Shown piece by piece: positions 1-7,525 of a DNA stretch of 64,000 nucleotides. This DNA comes from Coprobacillus sp. (GTDB lineage Bacteria; Bacillota_I; Bacilli_A; RFN20; CAG-826). Location: the NCBI GenBank assembly GCA_021203905.1, contig JAJQAG010000003.1, positions 192,830 through 256,829 of the forward strand, in the 5' to 3' direction. Under the pieces are notes generated by a model. That model was not told where the DNA came from and did not search any database. It saw only the letters and a program-made list of their open reading frames with translations. Every line of letters starts with the position of its first letter. Position 1 is the first letter of the stretch. Both the position numbers and the translations under genes were made by a program.

Positions 1-291
1 GCTATTCAAGGTTTAGTGGCTAAGGAACAAGTTATTTCCTCTATGGCTATTATTGCGAGAACTTCGGAAGAGGCCATCTTTGAGTCATCGCTGTTCTCGT
101 TCTTTACACCCTGGAGTGCGGTTGCGTATATGACCTTTACCTGTTTCTCCGCTCCATGTTTTGGTGCTATATCTACCATGAGAAAAGAGTTTGGGAGCAG
201 TAGACAGATGTGGAAAGCCATAGGATTCCAGACGGGATTAGCATGGGTTTTAGCGTCTATTATTGGTTTAATTGGGATGGCATTTGTCTAA
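1..291 (+). CDS. feoB: ferrous iron transporter FeoB, C-terminal fragment (gene starts upstream of the window)
   Basis: An in-frame ORF runs from position 1 to the stop at 289-291. It shows FeoB C-terminal hallmarks (SAPC motif, T-x-R-K-E-F-G-S-x-R-x-W and a hydrophobic tail). Confidence 0.8.
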   Translation, partial: AIQGLVAKEQVISSMAIIARTSEEAIFESSLFSFFTPWSAVAYMTFTCFSAPCFGAISTMRKEFGSSRQMWKAIGFQTGLAWVLASIIGLIGMAFV

Positions 292-309
292 TAGGAGGAA
301 GGAGATAAT

Positions 310-537
310 ATGACTACTGCAGATATTATCATCTTAGTTGTTGTCATTCTTATTCTTGGAGTGGTTATCTACTTCTATTTTGTGAGACCCCATCAAAAGG
401 GAACTAATGGAGAATGCGCTAATTGTGAAATAAATTCTCATCATAAGAGAATCATTAGGTCAATGCGTCGACAAAGAAAGAAAGAAGAAAAGAAAAAAGC
501 CAAAGAGGCTCAGAAAATAAAAGAAGAAGAGAATTGA
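310..537 (+). CDS. FeoB-associated Cys-rich small membrane protein
   Basis: 75 aa, immediately after feoB. One N-terminal TM helix is followed by GECANCE (CxxC) and a K/E-rich tail. Confidence 0.55.
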   Translation: MTTADIIILVVVILILGVVIYFYFVRPHQKGTNGECANCEINSHHKRIIRSMRRQRKKEEKKKAKEAQKIKEEEN

Positions 538-626
538 TTTCTCTTTTTCTTTACTTCGTTATACTTAATGCAATTAAGTAGTTCTTATGATACAATGAAA
601 GCACACATAGGAGTGATGTATAAGAT

Positions 627-1484
627 ATGGGGAAAAGAATAGTTTGTTGTACATCTACAGGTTGTTTAGACTACTTTGATAGTAAGTACGATATCAGAAG
701 TATTCGAATTAAACTTGAGATTGATGGTAAGTACTATGCTGATGGTAGCGAGATGCCAGCGGATAAGTTTTATGCCTTGTTAGAGGCAAATAAAGATCTT
801 ATTCCTAAGACCACTCAAACACCCGTTGGTGAGTTAGTGGATTTCTTTAATGAGTTATATGATGAAGGCTACGATCAAGTCTTTGTCTGCACTATTAGTG
901 CTCACCTTAGTGGCACAATCAACGCTGTGGATACCGCTGCAGCTCTTCTTGAAGATAAAATGACTATTGTTAGCTATGATACAAAGAGTGTCTGCTTTAA
1001 TGAAGGTTGCTTTGCTCTTAAAGCCGCGCAAATGGTGGAAGAAGGTAAATCCTTTGATGAAATCAAAGAAGCCCTTGATTATATGTCCACTCACAATCTT
1101 ATTATCTTCGCTGTTGAGCATCTTGATTTCTTAATCAAGAATGGTCGTCTATCTAACGCCAGTGGCTTCTTTGCTAATCTTCTTCAAATTAAACCTCTTC
1201 TTGAGGTACAAAATGATGGCGAGATTAGAGCAACAAAGAAGATCCGTACCATTCAAGCGGCCTTAACTGAAGTGGCTAATAGAGTTAAAGAATATACAGA
1301 AGGTCATGACTACTGGATGTATATTGTGGCCACTACCAATGAAAGAGTTCCATATTTAAAGACTCAAATTACCAATGTTCTTGGTGTTGATGCCGATAAG
1401 CTCTTATTAGTGCCTTGTTCTCCAGTTGTGGGATGTCATGTTGGTAATGGGGCACTAGGATTCGGAGTCTTCCTTAAAGACTAG
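627..1484 (+). CDS. DegV family fatty-acid-binding protein
   Basis: 285 aa with typical DegV/DUF194 architecture and motifs over the full length. Confidence 0.85.
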   Translation: MGKRIVCCTSTGCLDYFDSKYDIRSIRIKLEIDGKYYADGSEMPADKFYALLEANKDLIPKTTQTPVGELVDFFNELYDEGYDQVFVCTISAHLSGTINAVDTAAALLEDKMTIVSYDTKSVCFNEGCFALKAAQMVEEGKSFDEIKEALDYMSTHNLIIFAVEHLDFLIKNGRLSNASGFFANLLQIKPLLEVQNDGEIRATKKIRTIQAALTEVANRVKEYTEGHDYWMYIVATTNERVPYLKTQITNVLGVDADKLLLVPCSPVVGCHVGNGALGFGVFLKD

Positions 1485-1499
1485 TTATTATATATATCC

Positions 1500-2783
1500 A
1501 TGAAGACATTACTAAAGAATTGTAGGATTCTCTCGATGAGAGAGAACGAAGAGATTTATGTATCTAATATTGTGATAGAGGATACAAAGATTATCTATAT
1601 AGGAGAGGATTATCTAACTTTCTCTCCTTTTGATAAGACGATTGATATAGGCGGTAATCTTATCATGCCATCTTTTAAGAATCTCCACGGACACGCTCCA
1701 ATGGTGTTTGGCCGCGCTCTCACTGATGGGGTTTCCCTTGAAGAGTGGCTCAATAATATTATTTTTCCACTAGAAAGTCATCTCACTAAGGAGATGATCT
1801 ATAACTTCACAAAGCTTGCAATTCTTGAATATCTTTCCAGCGGTATCTCTATTTCTAGTGAGATGTATTACTATCCAGAAGAAATGGCAAAAGCCACACT
1901 AGAATATCACTATCCAATGCATCTTGTATGTTGCAATAAAGAGTATGAAAACACTATTAAAACCATTGATAAATGGCAAAAAAAATCCGCAAAACCCCTA
2001 CCAATTACCTATACAGTGGGTCTACATTCTGTTTACACAGTGGATGAACAAGACATAGATAACGCAAAGAAATATCTATCAAATCATAAGGAAGGATTAT
2101 GTGTTCATGCGTGCGAAACAGAAAAAGAAGTGGAGAATTGCAGAGAAAAACATAGTGGTTTAACTCCTGTTGAGTATCTTGATAGTCTTGGTTTGTTCAA
2201 TTACGGTGGCACTATATACCACGCGAATTGGTTAAGTGATAATGACTATAAAATTATCAAAGAAAAACACCTAATTCCTGTAACTTGTGCCGGATCTAAC
2301 GCGAAATTAGCTTCTGGAATCTGCCCAATCAGAGAATTGCTTGATCAAGGTATTAAGGTCGCTATTGGCACTGATGGAGCGGCTTCTAACGATTCTCTTG
2401 ATATGTTTAATGAGATGAAGCAAATCGTCGCACTTCAAAAAATTAAACACATGGATGCCTCTATTATTAAACCATTTGAAGTTTTAGAGATGGCTACAGT
2501 TAATGGAGCAATTGCCCTTGGTCTTAACGACTCTCTTTATGTCGAGGAAGGACAAAGCGCGGACCTTATTGAGATTGATTTATCTAAACCTAGTATGCAG
2601 CCGATTAATGATATTGTTTCAAATATTGTTTTCTCGGGTAGCAAGGACATTATTAAAATGACCATTGTTAGGGGTGAGATACTTTATCGAGAAAACAAAT
2701 ACTATGTCAGTGACGACATTGAGAAAATTTATAAGAAGTGCCAAAAATTGGCGGATGAGTTAAAGAAGTTTAGAAATATCTAA
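1500..2783 (+). CDS. amidohydrolase-family deaminase (MTA/SAH deaminase-like chlorohydrolase)
   Basis: 427 aa with a metal-dependent amidohydrolase signature (HGHAPM... HxH, and downstream conserved H/D residues). Confidence 0.7.
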   Translation: MKTLLKNCRILSMRENEEIYVSNIVIEDTKIIYIGEDYLTFSPFDKTIDIGGNLIMPSFKNLHGHAPMVFGRALTDGVSLEEWLNNIIFPLESHLTKEMIYNFTKLAILEYLSSGISISSEMYYYPEEMAKATLEYHYPMHLVCCNKEYENTIKTIDKWQKKSAKPLPITYTVGLHSVYTVDEQDIDNAKKYLSNHKEGLCVHACETEKEVENCREKHSGLTPVEYLDSLGLFNYGGTIYHANWLSDNDYKIIKEKHLIPVTCAGSNAKLASGICPIRELLDQGIKVAIGTDGAASNDSLDMFNEMKQIVALQKIKHMDASIIKPFEVLEMATVNGAIALGLNDSLYVEEGQSADLIEIDLSKPSMQPINDIVSNIVFSGSKDIIKMTIVRGEILYRENKYYVSDDIEKIYKKCQKLADELKKFRNI

Positions 2784-3764
2784 AGAGACAAACTTATTGG
2801 CAAAGAAGAACTTGCCAAAGACATATGTACTAGAAGCACTTTCAGTGAGGGTAATGAACTTATCCTCGCTTTCTATATAGTCAAGATCTTCAGTCATCGC
2901 AGGAGCGGCGATGTTTCTTCTTGGTGCATCTGTCACCAAGCCGTATGTTGGTATATCCTCATAGCCCTTAAGTCGGTCATTAGGATCACTTATTTCATAA
3001 AAGTAGTCGTCCCCTAGATAGTATTGTAAGCGCGATGAGCTTAAGCCATAAGATAGAGAAAGGAGAAGACCACCACGAGAATCCATGGCTAAACCTTGGA
3101 CCTTCTCTGGAAGTGCAATGATTGCGAGGGGTTCACTCTCACCAAATGTCTCTCTATCATAGATTTCACAAATCGCTCCAGTTGAATCTCCGTTTCCGTT
3201 AACTACCCAGTTTTCAGTATGATATTCGCCCCGACCAGTAAATTCTCCAGTAAAGAGATATTTTTCATTTGTATAAACAAATGAAGCATTAGAAATTGTG
3301 GGGACACCCTCTCCAACATCAACATCAAAATCGGTAGTGCTCTCAAAGAGACTTCTATCCATCACATAAATTTCGTTTTCATCACAGAGGTAAACCTTAT
3401 CTCCTGTAGAGGAAACCCCACCTGCGTGGGTTGTGCAAGGTTCTCCATTTTTGCTTAATGTATATTCTCTGACCACACCATTAGAGGTGGTATATATAGA
3501 ACTTGGTTCTCCATCATGGCGGTAACTTGAGATAAAGTATGTATCTATTTCCTCGTTATAGCTTATTCCTTGAGGAGTGGCACTATTTAAACCAGGAATC
3601 TTATCGATCTTCTCACTAATGGAATAATAATCGCTGTAAATTGCGTATTTAGCGCCTTCTAAGACCGCCCAAACGACAACCACTAAAGCGATTAGACTTC
3701 CAATTATACCCACAGGGATCTTCCACCCTAAAGATGCTTTATTCTTTTGTTTGTATGTGCTCAT
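2760..3764 (-). CDS. hypothetical membrane-anchored extracytoplasmic protein
   Basis: 334 aa with an N-terminal TM anchor followed by a large G/S/T/Y/D-rich, repeat-like ectodomain. It overlaps the convergent amidohydrolase gene by 24 nt. Confidence 0.45.
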   Translation of the reverse strand: MSTYKQKNKASLGWKIPVGIIGSLIALVVVVWAVLEGAKYAIYSDYYSISEKIDKIPGLNSATPQGISYNEEIDTYFISSYRHDGEPSSIYTTSNGVVREYTLSKNGEPCTTHAGGVSSTGDKVYLCDENEIYVMDRSLFESTTDFDVDVGEGVPTISNASFVYTNEKYLFTGEFTGRGEYHTENWVVNGNGDSTGAICEIYDRETFGESEPLAIIALPEKVQGLAMDSRGGLLLSLSYGLSSSRLQYYLGDDYFYEISDPNDRLKGYEDIPTYGLVTDAPRRNIAAPAMTEDLDYIESEDKFITLTESASSTYVFGKFFFANKFVSLDISKLL

Positions 3765-3843
3765 GCTTATTGACCCTCGAATTGCTCAGATAATTATAAT
3801 TTATTATAAATTTTAATTAAGCTACATAAAATTATTTTAAATT

Positions 3844-3860
3844 TAGAACGATTTGTTCTA
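3844..3860. promoter_or_regulatory. perfect 6-5-6 palindrome TAGAAC-gattt-GTTCTA directly upstream of the ATP-grasp gene
   Basis: Read directly from the sequence. It sits 11 nt before the proposed ATG in an AT-rich region lacking a Shine-Dalgarno. It is a candidate operator. Confidence 0.3.
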
Positions 3861-3870
3861 TTCTATTTTT

Positions 3871-5073
3871 ATGGCAAGGGTGTTTCTTTTTATTTCTCCA
3901 AACTTTCCAAAAACTTACTATCGCTTCGTAGAAGCGATGAAGAAGAGAGGTTTTATCTGTCTTGGTATTGGTAACACCCCATATTATGAAATACCTGATG
4001 ATCTTAAAGGATGTATTGACGAGTATTATTGCTGCAGAGATATGGATGACTTCGATAATGAGAAGATTGCCGTGGAGTACTTTTTAGAAAAGTATGGACA
4101 TATTGACTACATAGAAGGTAACAACGACTACTGGCTCGAAAAAGATGCTCAATTAAGAGAACTATATAACATTCCTAATGGTCCTAGACCAAAACAGCTT
4201 GAGTTTTACCGTCATAAAAGCTTAATGAAGCAGAAATATGAGGAAGCTGGCATTAATGTGGCCAAGTGGATCCTTGTTTCTACATATCCAAAATTAGTGG
4301 CTTTTGCGAAAAAAGTCCATTATCCCATTTTTATAAAACCTGATGTTGGTGTGGGAGCAGTGGACAATCACAAAATCCACAACGAAGAAGAACTTAAAGA
4401 ATTCTATGATAATAGAGATTTATCAGTTACTTATATTGCGGAGCAATATATAGTGGGAGATCTTATCTCCTTTGATGGCATTTCTAATTCTAAAGGAGAG
4501 GTCTTGTTCTGTGTTTCTAATGAATTCTCGGAAGGGGTGAGCGATGCCTTACAGAACCTTGACGATATCTTTTACTACACAGTGAAGGATCCCGATCCCA
4601 AACTTGTGGAAATAGGCAAGAATATGATTAAAGCCTTTAATGTGCAGAATAGGTTCTTCCACTGCGAATTCTTCAGATTAACGAAAACCATTCGTGGACT
4701 AGCAAAAAAGGGAGAATATGTGGCCCTTGAAACAAATATGAGGCCCGCTGGAGGATACACCCCAGATTTGATCAATTTCTCCGCGAGTGTTTCCTGCTAC
4801 GAGATTTATGCGGATTCTATTGCTTATGATGAGAATAGACAAGATATGTCACAGCCTCATTACTATGCCGCTTGTGCGTGCCGTAGAGACACGACAAAGT
4901 ATAAATACACTGATGACGAAGTAAAATATAAATACTATTTCAACCTTTGTTTTGTTGATCGATATCCTAAAGTATTTAGTGGGGACATGGGTGATTACTT
5001 TTTCATGGCAAGATTTAATTCAAAAGATGAGGTAGACGAATTCCACAAGTTTGTTAATGAGCGAGTTAGTTAA
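3871..5073 (+). CDS. ATP-grasp domain protein (carboxylate-amine/peptide ligase family)
   Basis: Carries the ATP-grasp C-terminal Mg-binding signature (L-E-T-N-M-R-P-A-G-G) and a K-x-D-x-G-x-G core. The ORF track starts at a TTG at 3853, but the ATG at 3871 is preferred. Confidence 0.65.
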   Translation: MARVFLFISPNFPKTYYRFVEAMKKRGFICLGIGNTPYYEIPDDLKGCIDEYYCCRDMDDFDNEKIAVEYFLEKYGHIDYIEGNNDYWLEKDAQLRELYNIPNGPRPKQLEFYRHKSLMKQKYEEAGINVAKWILVSTYPKLVAFAKKVHYPIFIKPDVGVGAVDNHKIHNEEELKEFYDNRDLSVTYIAEQYIVGDLISFDGISNSKGEVLFCVSNEFSEGVSDALQNLDDIFYYTVKDPDPKLVEIGKNMIKAFNVQNRFFHCEFFRLTKTIRGLAKKGEYVALETNMRPAGGYTPDLINFSASVSCYEIYADSIAYDENRQDMSQPHYYAACACRRDTTKYKYTDDEVKYKYYFNLCFVDRYPKVFSGDMGDYFFMARFNSKDEVDEFHKFVNERVS

Positions 5074-5082
5074 CCAAAGAAA

Positions 5083-5110
5083 AAGCCACCCTTGAAGGTG
5101 GTTTTTTTCT
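5083..5110. terminator. rho-independent terminator, probably bidirectional
   Basis: GCCACC-cttgaa-GGTGG stem followed by a T7 run. It lies between convergent genes. Confidence 0.5.
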
Positions 5111-5125
5111 CTCTTGAACTGCCGA

Positions 5126-5368
5126 TTATAAGTATTTGAAGATGTGGTCGGTAGCAATGATGCAAACAAGATCAATAATCCAAAGGATATTGAAACCAAA
5201 GATTATTCTAAGGACGAAGCAGACGATTTCCCAAACAGACTTATCTTTAAGTCCGTTTTTAAATTTTACCACGAGACCAAAGATCCATGCGGTGATTGGA
5301 ATAATTGCCCAGATAACACTGGCAACCTTTCCCCATCCAAAATAATCTTTCCCAATTCTTTTTGCCAT
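5126..5368 (-). CDS. small hydrophobic membrane protein (two TM helices)
   Basis: 80 aa with an AAGAGG Shine-Dalgarno 9 nt upstream on the minus strand. Two overlapping plus-strand ORFs lack translation signals. Confidence 0.5.
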   Translation of the reverse strand: MAKRIGKDYFGWGKVASVIWAIIPITAWIFGLVVKFKNGLKDKSVWEIVCFVLRIIFGFNILWIIDLVCIIATDHIFKYL

Positions 5369-5397
5369 TAATATAACCTCTTAGACATTGCCAACAT

Positions 5398-5416
5398 TAT
5401 ACATTGTTAATGTATA
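5398..5416. promoter_or_regulatory. perfect 8-3-8 palindrome TATACATT-gtt-AATGTATA in a divergent intergenic region
   Basis: Read directly from the sequence. It is preceded by ACATT direct repeats at 5385 and 5394. It lies between divergently transcribed small-membrane-protein genes and is an operator candidate. Confidence 0.35.
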
Positions 5417-5452
5417 TATCGTAAAGAAGGGAATATATGATAGAATAAAAGC

Positions 5453-5848
5453 ATGAAAAAACGCACTCTTAATATTGTCTATTTGTCAGATATTATTCTC
5501 TTAATACTTTTCGCTTTGGTGCCAACCTTAATCTTTAATGGAGTGGGTTTTTACGAGGATATGGAGCTCTATCTTTCCTTAACATATTGGATTAGTTTCG
5601 CTCTCTCTATACTCGTTGTTTTAGGTTTTGTCATGTATTGCTTTAATCGTCCTAATAAAATGCCCAAGGTGTGGTTTTGGTTCACGGAAAGCTTTGCCCT
5701 TCTCTTCTTAATTACCCCTAATATTTGCATGTTTTATTTAGACGGAAGTTATGTTACCCCTCTTATCATTAATATTGTGGTCTTAGCACTCTTCCTCATT
5801 AGTATGTTTATTACCTCAACTCTTTATGTATTCCGTTCTAACCGATAA
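5453..5848 (+). CDS. hypothetical polytopic membrane protein (about 4 TM)
   Basis: 131 aa and hydrophobic. Its stop overlaps the Shine-Dalgarno and start of the downstream RimK-like gene, implying an operon. Confidence 0.5.
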   Translation: MKKRTLNIVYLSDIILLILFALVPTLIFNGVGFYEDMELYLSLTYWISFALSILVVLGFVMYCFNRPNKMPKVWFWFTESFALLFLITPNICMFYLDGSYVTPLIINIVVLALFLISMFITSTLYVFRSNR

Positions 5849-5858
5849 GGAGCAGACA

Positions 5859-6728
5859 GTGACTGGTTTAATTATAACTAACATTGACAATAAGCATTCG
5901 CTACCCAAGGCGAATTCTTTATTAAATGAGCTCAATAAAAGGAATATCCCTGCAAAAATCATTCAAAATGATGGATTTTTGTATGAAATAAAGGATGGAA
6001 ATATCATCAGTCATATTCCAATTTGTGACTTTATTATCTACCTTGATAAGGATATTTATACTGCGGTAGCTCTTGAGAAATGCGGCTATCTTGTGATTAA
6101 TGATAGTGCCTTTACATCTCTCTGCGACAATAAGATACTTTCATCTCTTCGTGTGTCTAATTTAGGAATTGATGTTGTCGATACAATCTCGCTTCCGCTT
6201 GTGTATCACCAACCAGAGGAAAAGCATTATGCCGCTATTGATTCAGCGATAGAGAAATATGGATTACCCCTTATTCTTAAAAGAGCGTATGGTTCACTTG
6301 GTGAAGGAGTTTTTAAGATCAATAGCAAGGATGAGTTATATCAGATATATGGACAGTATTATCGAGATCCACTATGCATTCAGCCATATATTGAAACCGA
6401 CAATTCATCAATTCGTGTGCTTGTCCTAGATCATAAGATTATCGGTGCTATTAAAAGGATTGGGGAAGAAGATTTTCGTTCCAACAGTGGGCAAACAACC
6501 TCCCAACCTTATACCCTTGATAAGACTTTAGAACAGATTGTTGGCACCCTTATAAAAGAGCTAGACATTGATTATGCTGGGATTGACTTTTTAGTAAGCA
6601 AAGAAGGCAAGTATCTCTTTCTAGAGATAAATAGCAACGCTTTCTTTGATGAATTTAGTAAAGTTACCAGAATTGATGTGAGCAAACTCTTTATCGACAT
6701 GGTTATTAAGAAAGTCTCGCACGAATAG
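5859..6728 (+). CDS. RimK-like ATP-grasp ligase (alpha-L-glutamate ligase family)
   Basis: RimK-type ATP-grasp motifs (ILKRAYGSLGEGVFKI, DYAGIDFLV..LEINSN). GTG start at 5859 with an AAGGAG Shine-Dalgarno 6 nt upstream. The ORF track starts at 5826. Confidence 0.7.
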   Translation: MTGLIITNIDNKHSLPKANSLLNELNKRNIPAKIIQNDGFLYEIKDGNIISHIPICDFIIYLDKDIYTAVALEKCGYLVINDSAFTSLCDNKILSSLRVSNLGIDVVDTISLPLVYHQPEEKHYAAIDSAIEKYGLPLILKRAYGSLGEGVFKINSKDELYQIYGQYYRDPLCIQPYIETDNSSIRVLVLDHKIIGAIKRIGEEDFRSNSGQTTSQPYTLDKTLEQIVGTLIKELDIDYAGIDFLVSKEGKYLFLEINSNAFFDEFSKVTRIDVSKLFIDMVIKKVSHE

Positions 6729-6811
6729 CACATTATAAAAAACCATTTATATCAACGGAGAATAACCGATTGTAAATCGTGTTATTTTTTGTCTATATAT
6801 GCTATCATTTT

Positions 6812-7525
6812 ATGAGTATGGCACAGGTAGTTGTAGACAATTTATCAAAGATTTATAACCAAGGTCAATCCAATGAGATTGTGGCTCTTGATAATATCTC
6901 CTTTACTGCAGAAAAGGGAGAATTCATCGTGATTCTTGGTGCTAGTGGTGCGGGTAAGACCACACTTTTAAATCTCCTTGGGGGCATGGATAATGCCACT
7001 TCTGGCTCCTATAAGATTGATGATGTTGAAGTGACATCATTAAGCGATAGTGAATTAACCAAAGTAAGAAGAGATGATATTGGTTTTGTGTTTCAGTTCT
7101 ATAACCTTATGCCTAATCTTACTGCTTACGAAAATGTTATGATTGCGGAGCTTGTTGCCCACGGGGACGGATCAAGAAGTGACACTGTTCTAGAACAGGT
7201 TGAGCTCAAAGAGAGAAGAAATAACTTTCCATCAGAGTTAAGTGGTGGTGAACAACAGAGAGTTTCTATTGCTCGGGCAATAGTTAAAAATCCCCGTCTC
7301 TTACTCTGTGATGAACCCACTGGCGCCCTTGATTCAAAAACCGGAGCCTCAATCATCAAACTTCTTAAAAAAATTAACAAAGAGAACGACACCACTGTGA
7401 TTGTGGTGACCCACAACGCAAATATTGCCCAGGTTGCTGATCGTGTCATCAGAATTGCGGATGGAAAAATTATTGAAGATTCATTTAACGAAATAGTAAA
7501 GGATCCCGAGGAAATTGACTGGTGA
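6812..7525 (+). CDS. ABC transporter ATP-binding protein (MacB/LolD/FtsE-like)
   Basis: Walker A GASGAGKTT, ABC signature LSGGEQQRV and Walker B LLLCDEPTGALD. The exact start is uncertain among 6779, 6812 and 6818. Confidence 0.85.
   Translation: MSMAQVVVDNLSKIYNQGQSNEIVALDNISFTAEKGEFIVILGASGAGKTTLLNLLGGMDNATSGSYKIDDVEVTSLSDSELTKVRRDDIGFVFQFYNLMPNLTAYENVMIAELVAHGDGSRSDTVLEQVELKERRNNFPSELSGGEQQRVSIARAIVKNPRLLLCDEPTGALDSKTGASIIKLLKKINKENDTTVIVVTHNANIAQVADRVIRIADGKIIEDSFNEIVKDPEEIDW

Noticed and set aside
5136-5371. Two hydrophilic plus-strand ORFs (69 and 75 aa) immediately downstream of the ATP-grasp gene, considered as possible graspetide-type precursor peptides.
   Set aside because: They start with TTG or GTG without any Shine-Dalgarno. 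They lie entirely antisense to an 80-aa membrane-protein ORF that has a good AAGAGG RBS and plausible TM helices. No Thr/Ser-Asp/Glu core repeats are recognisable.
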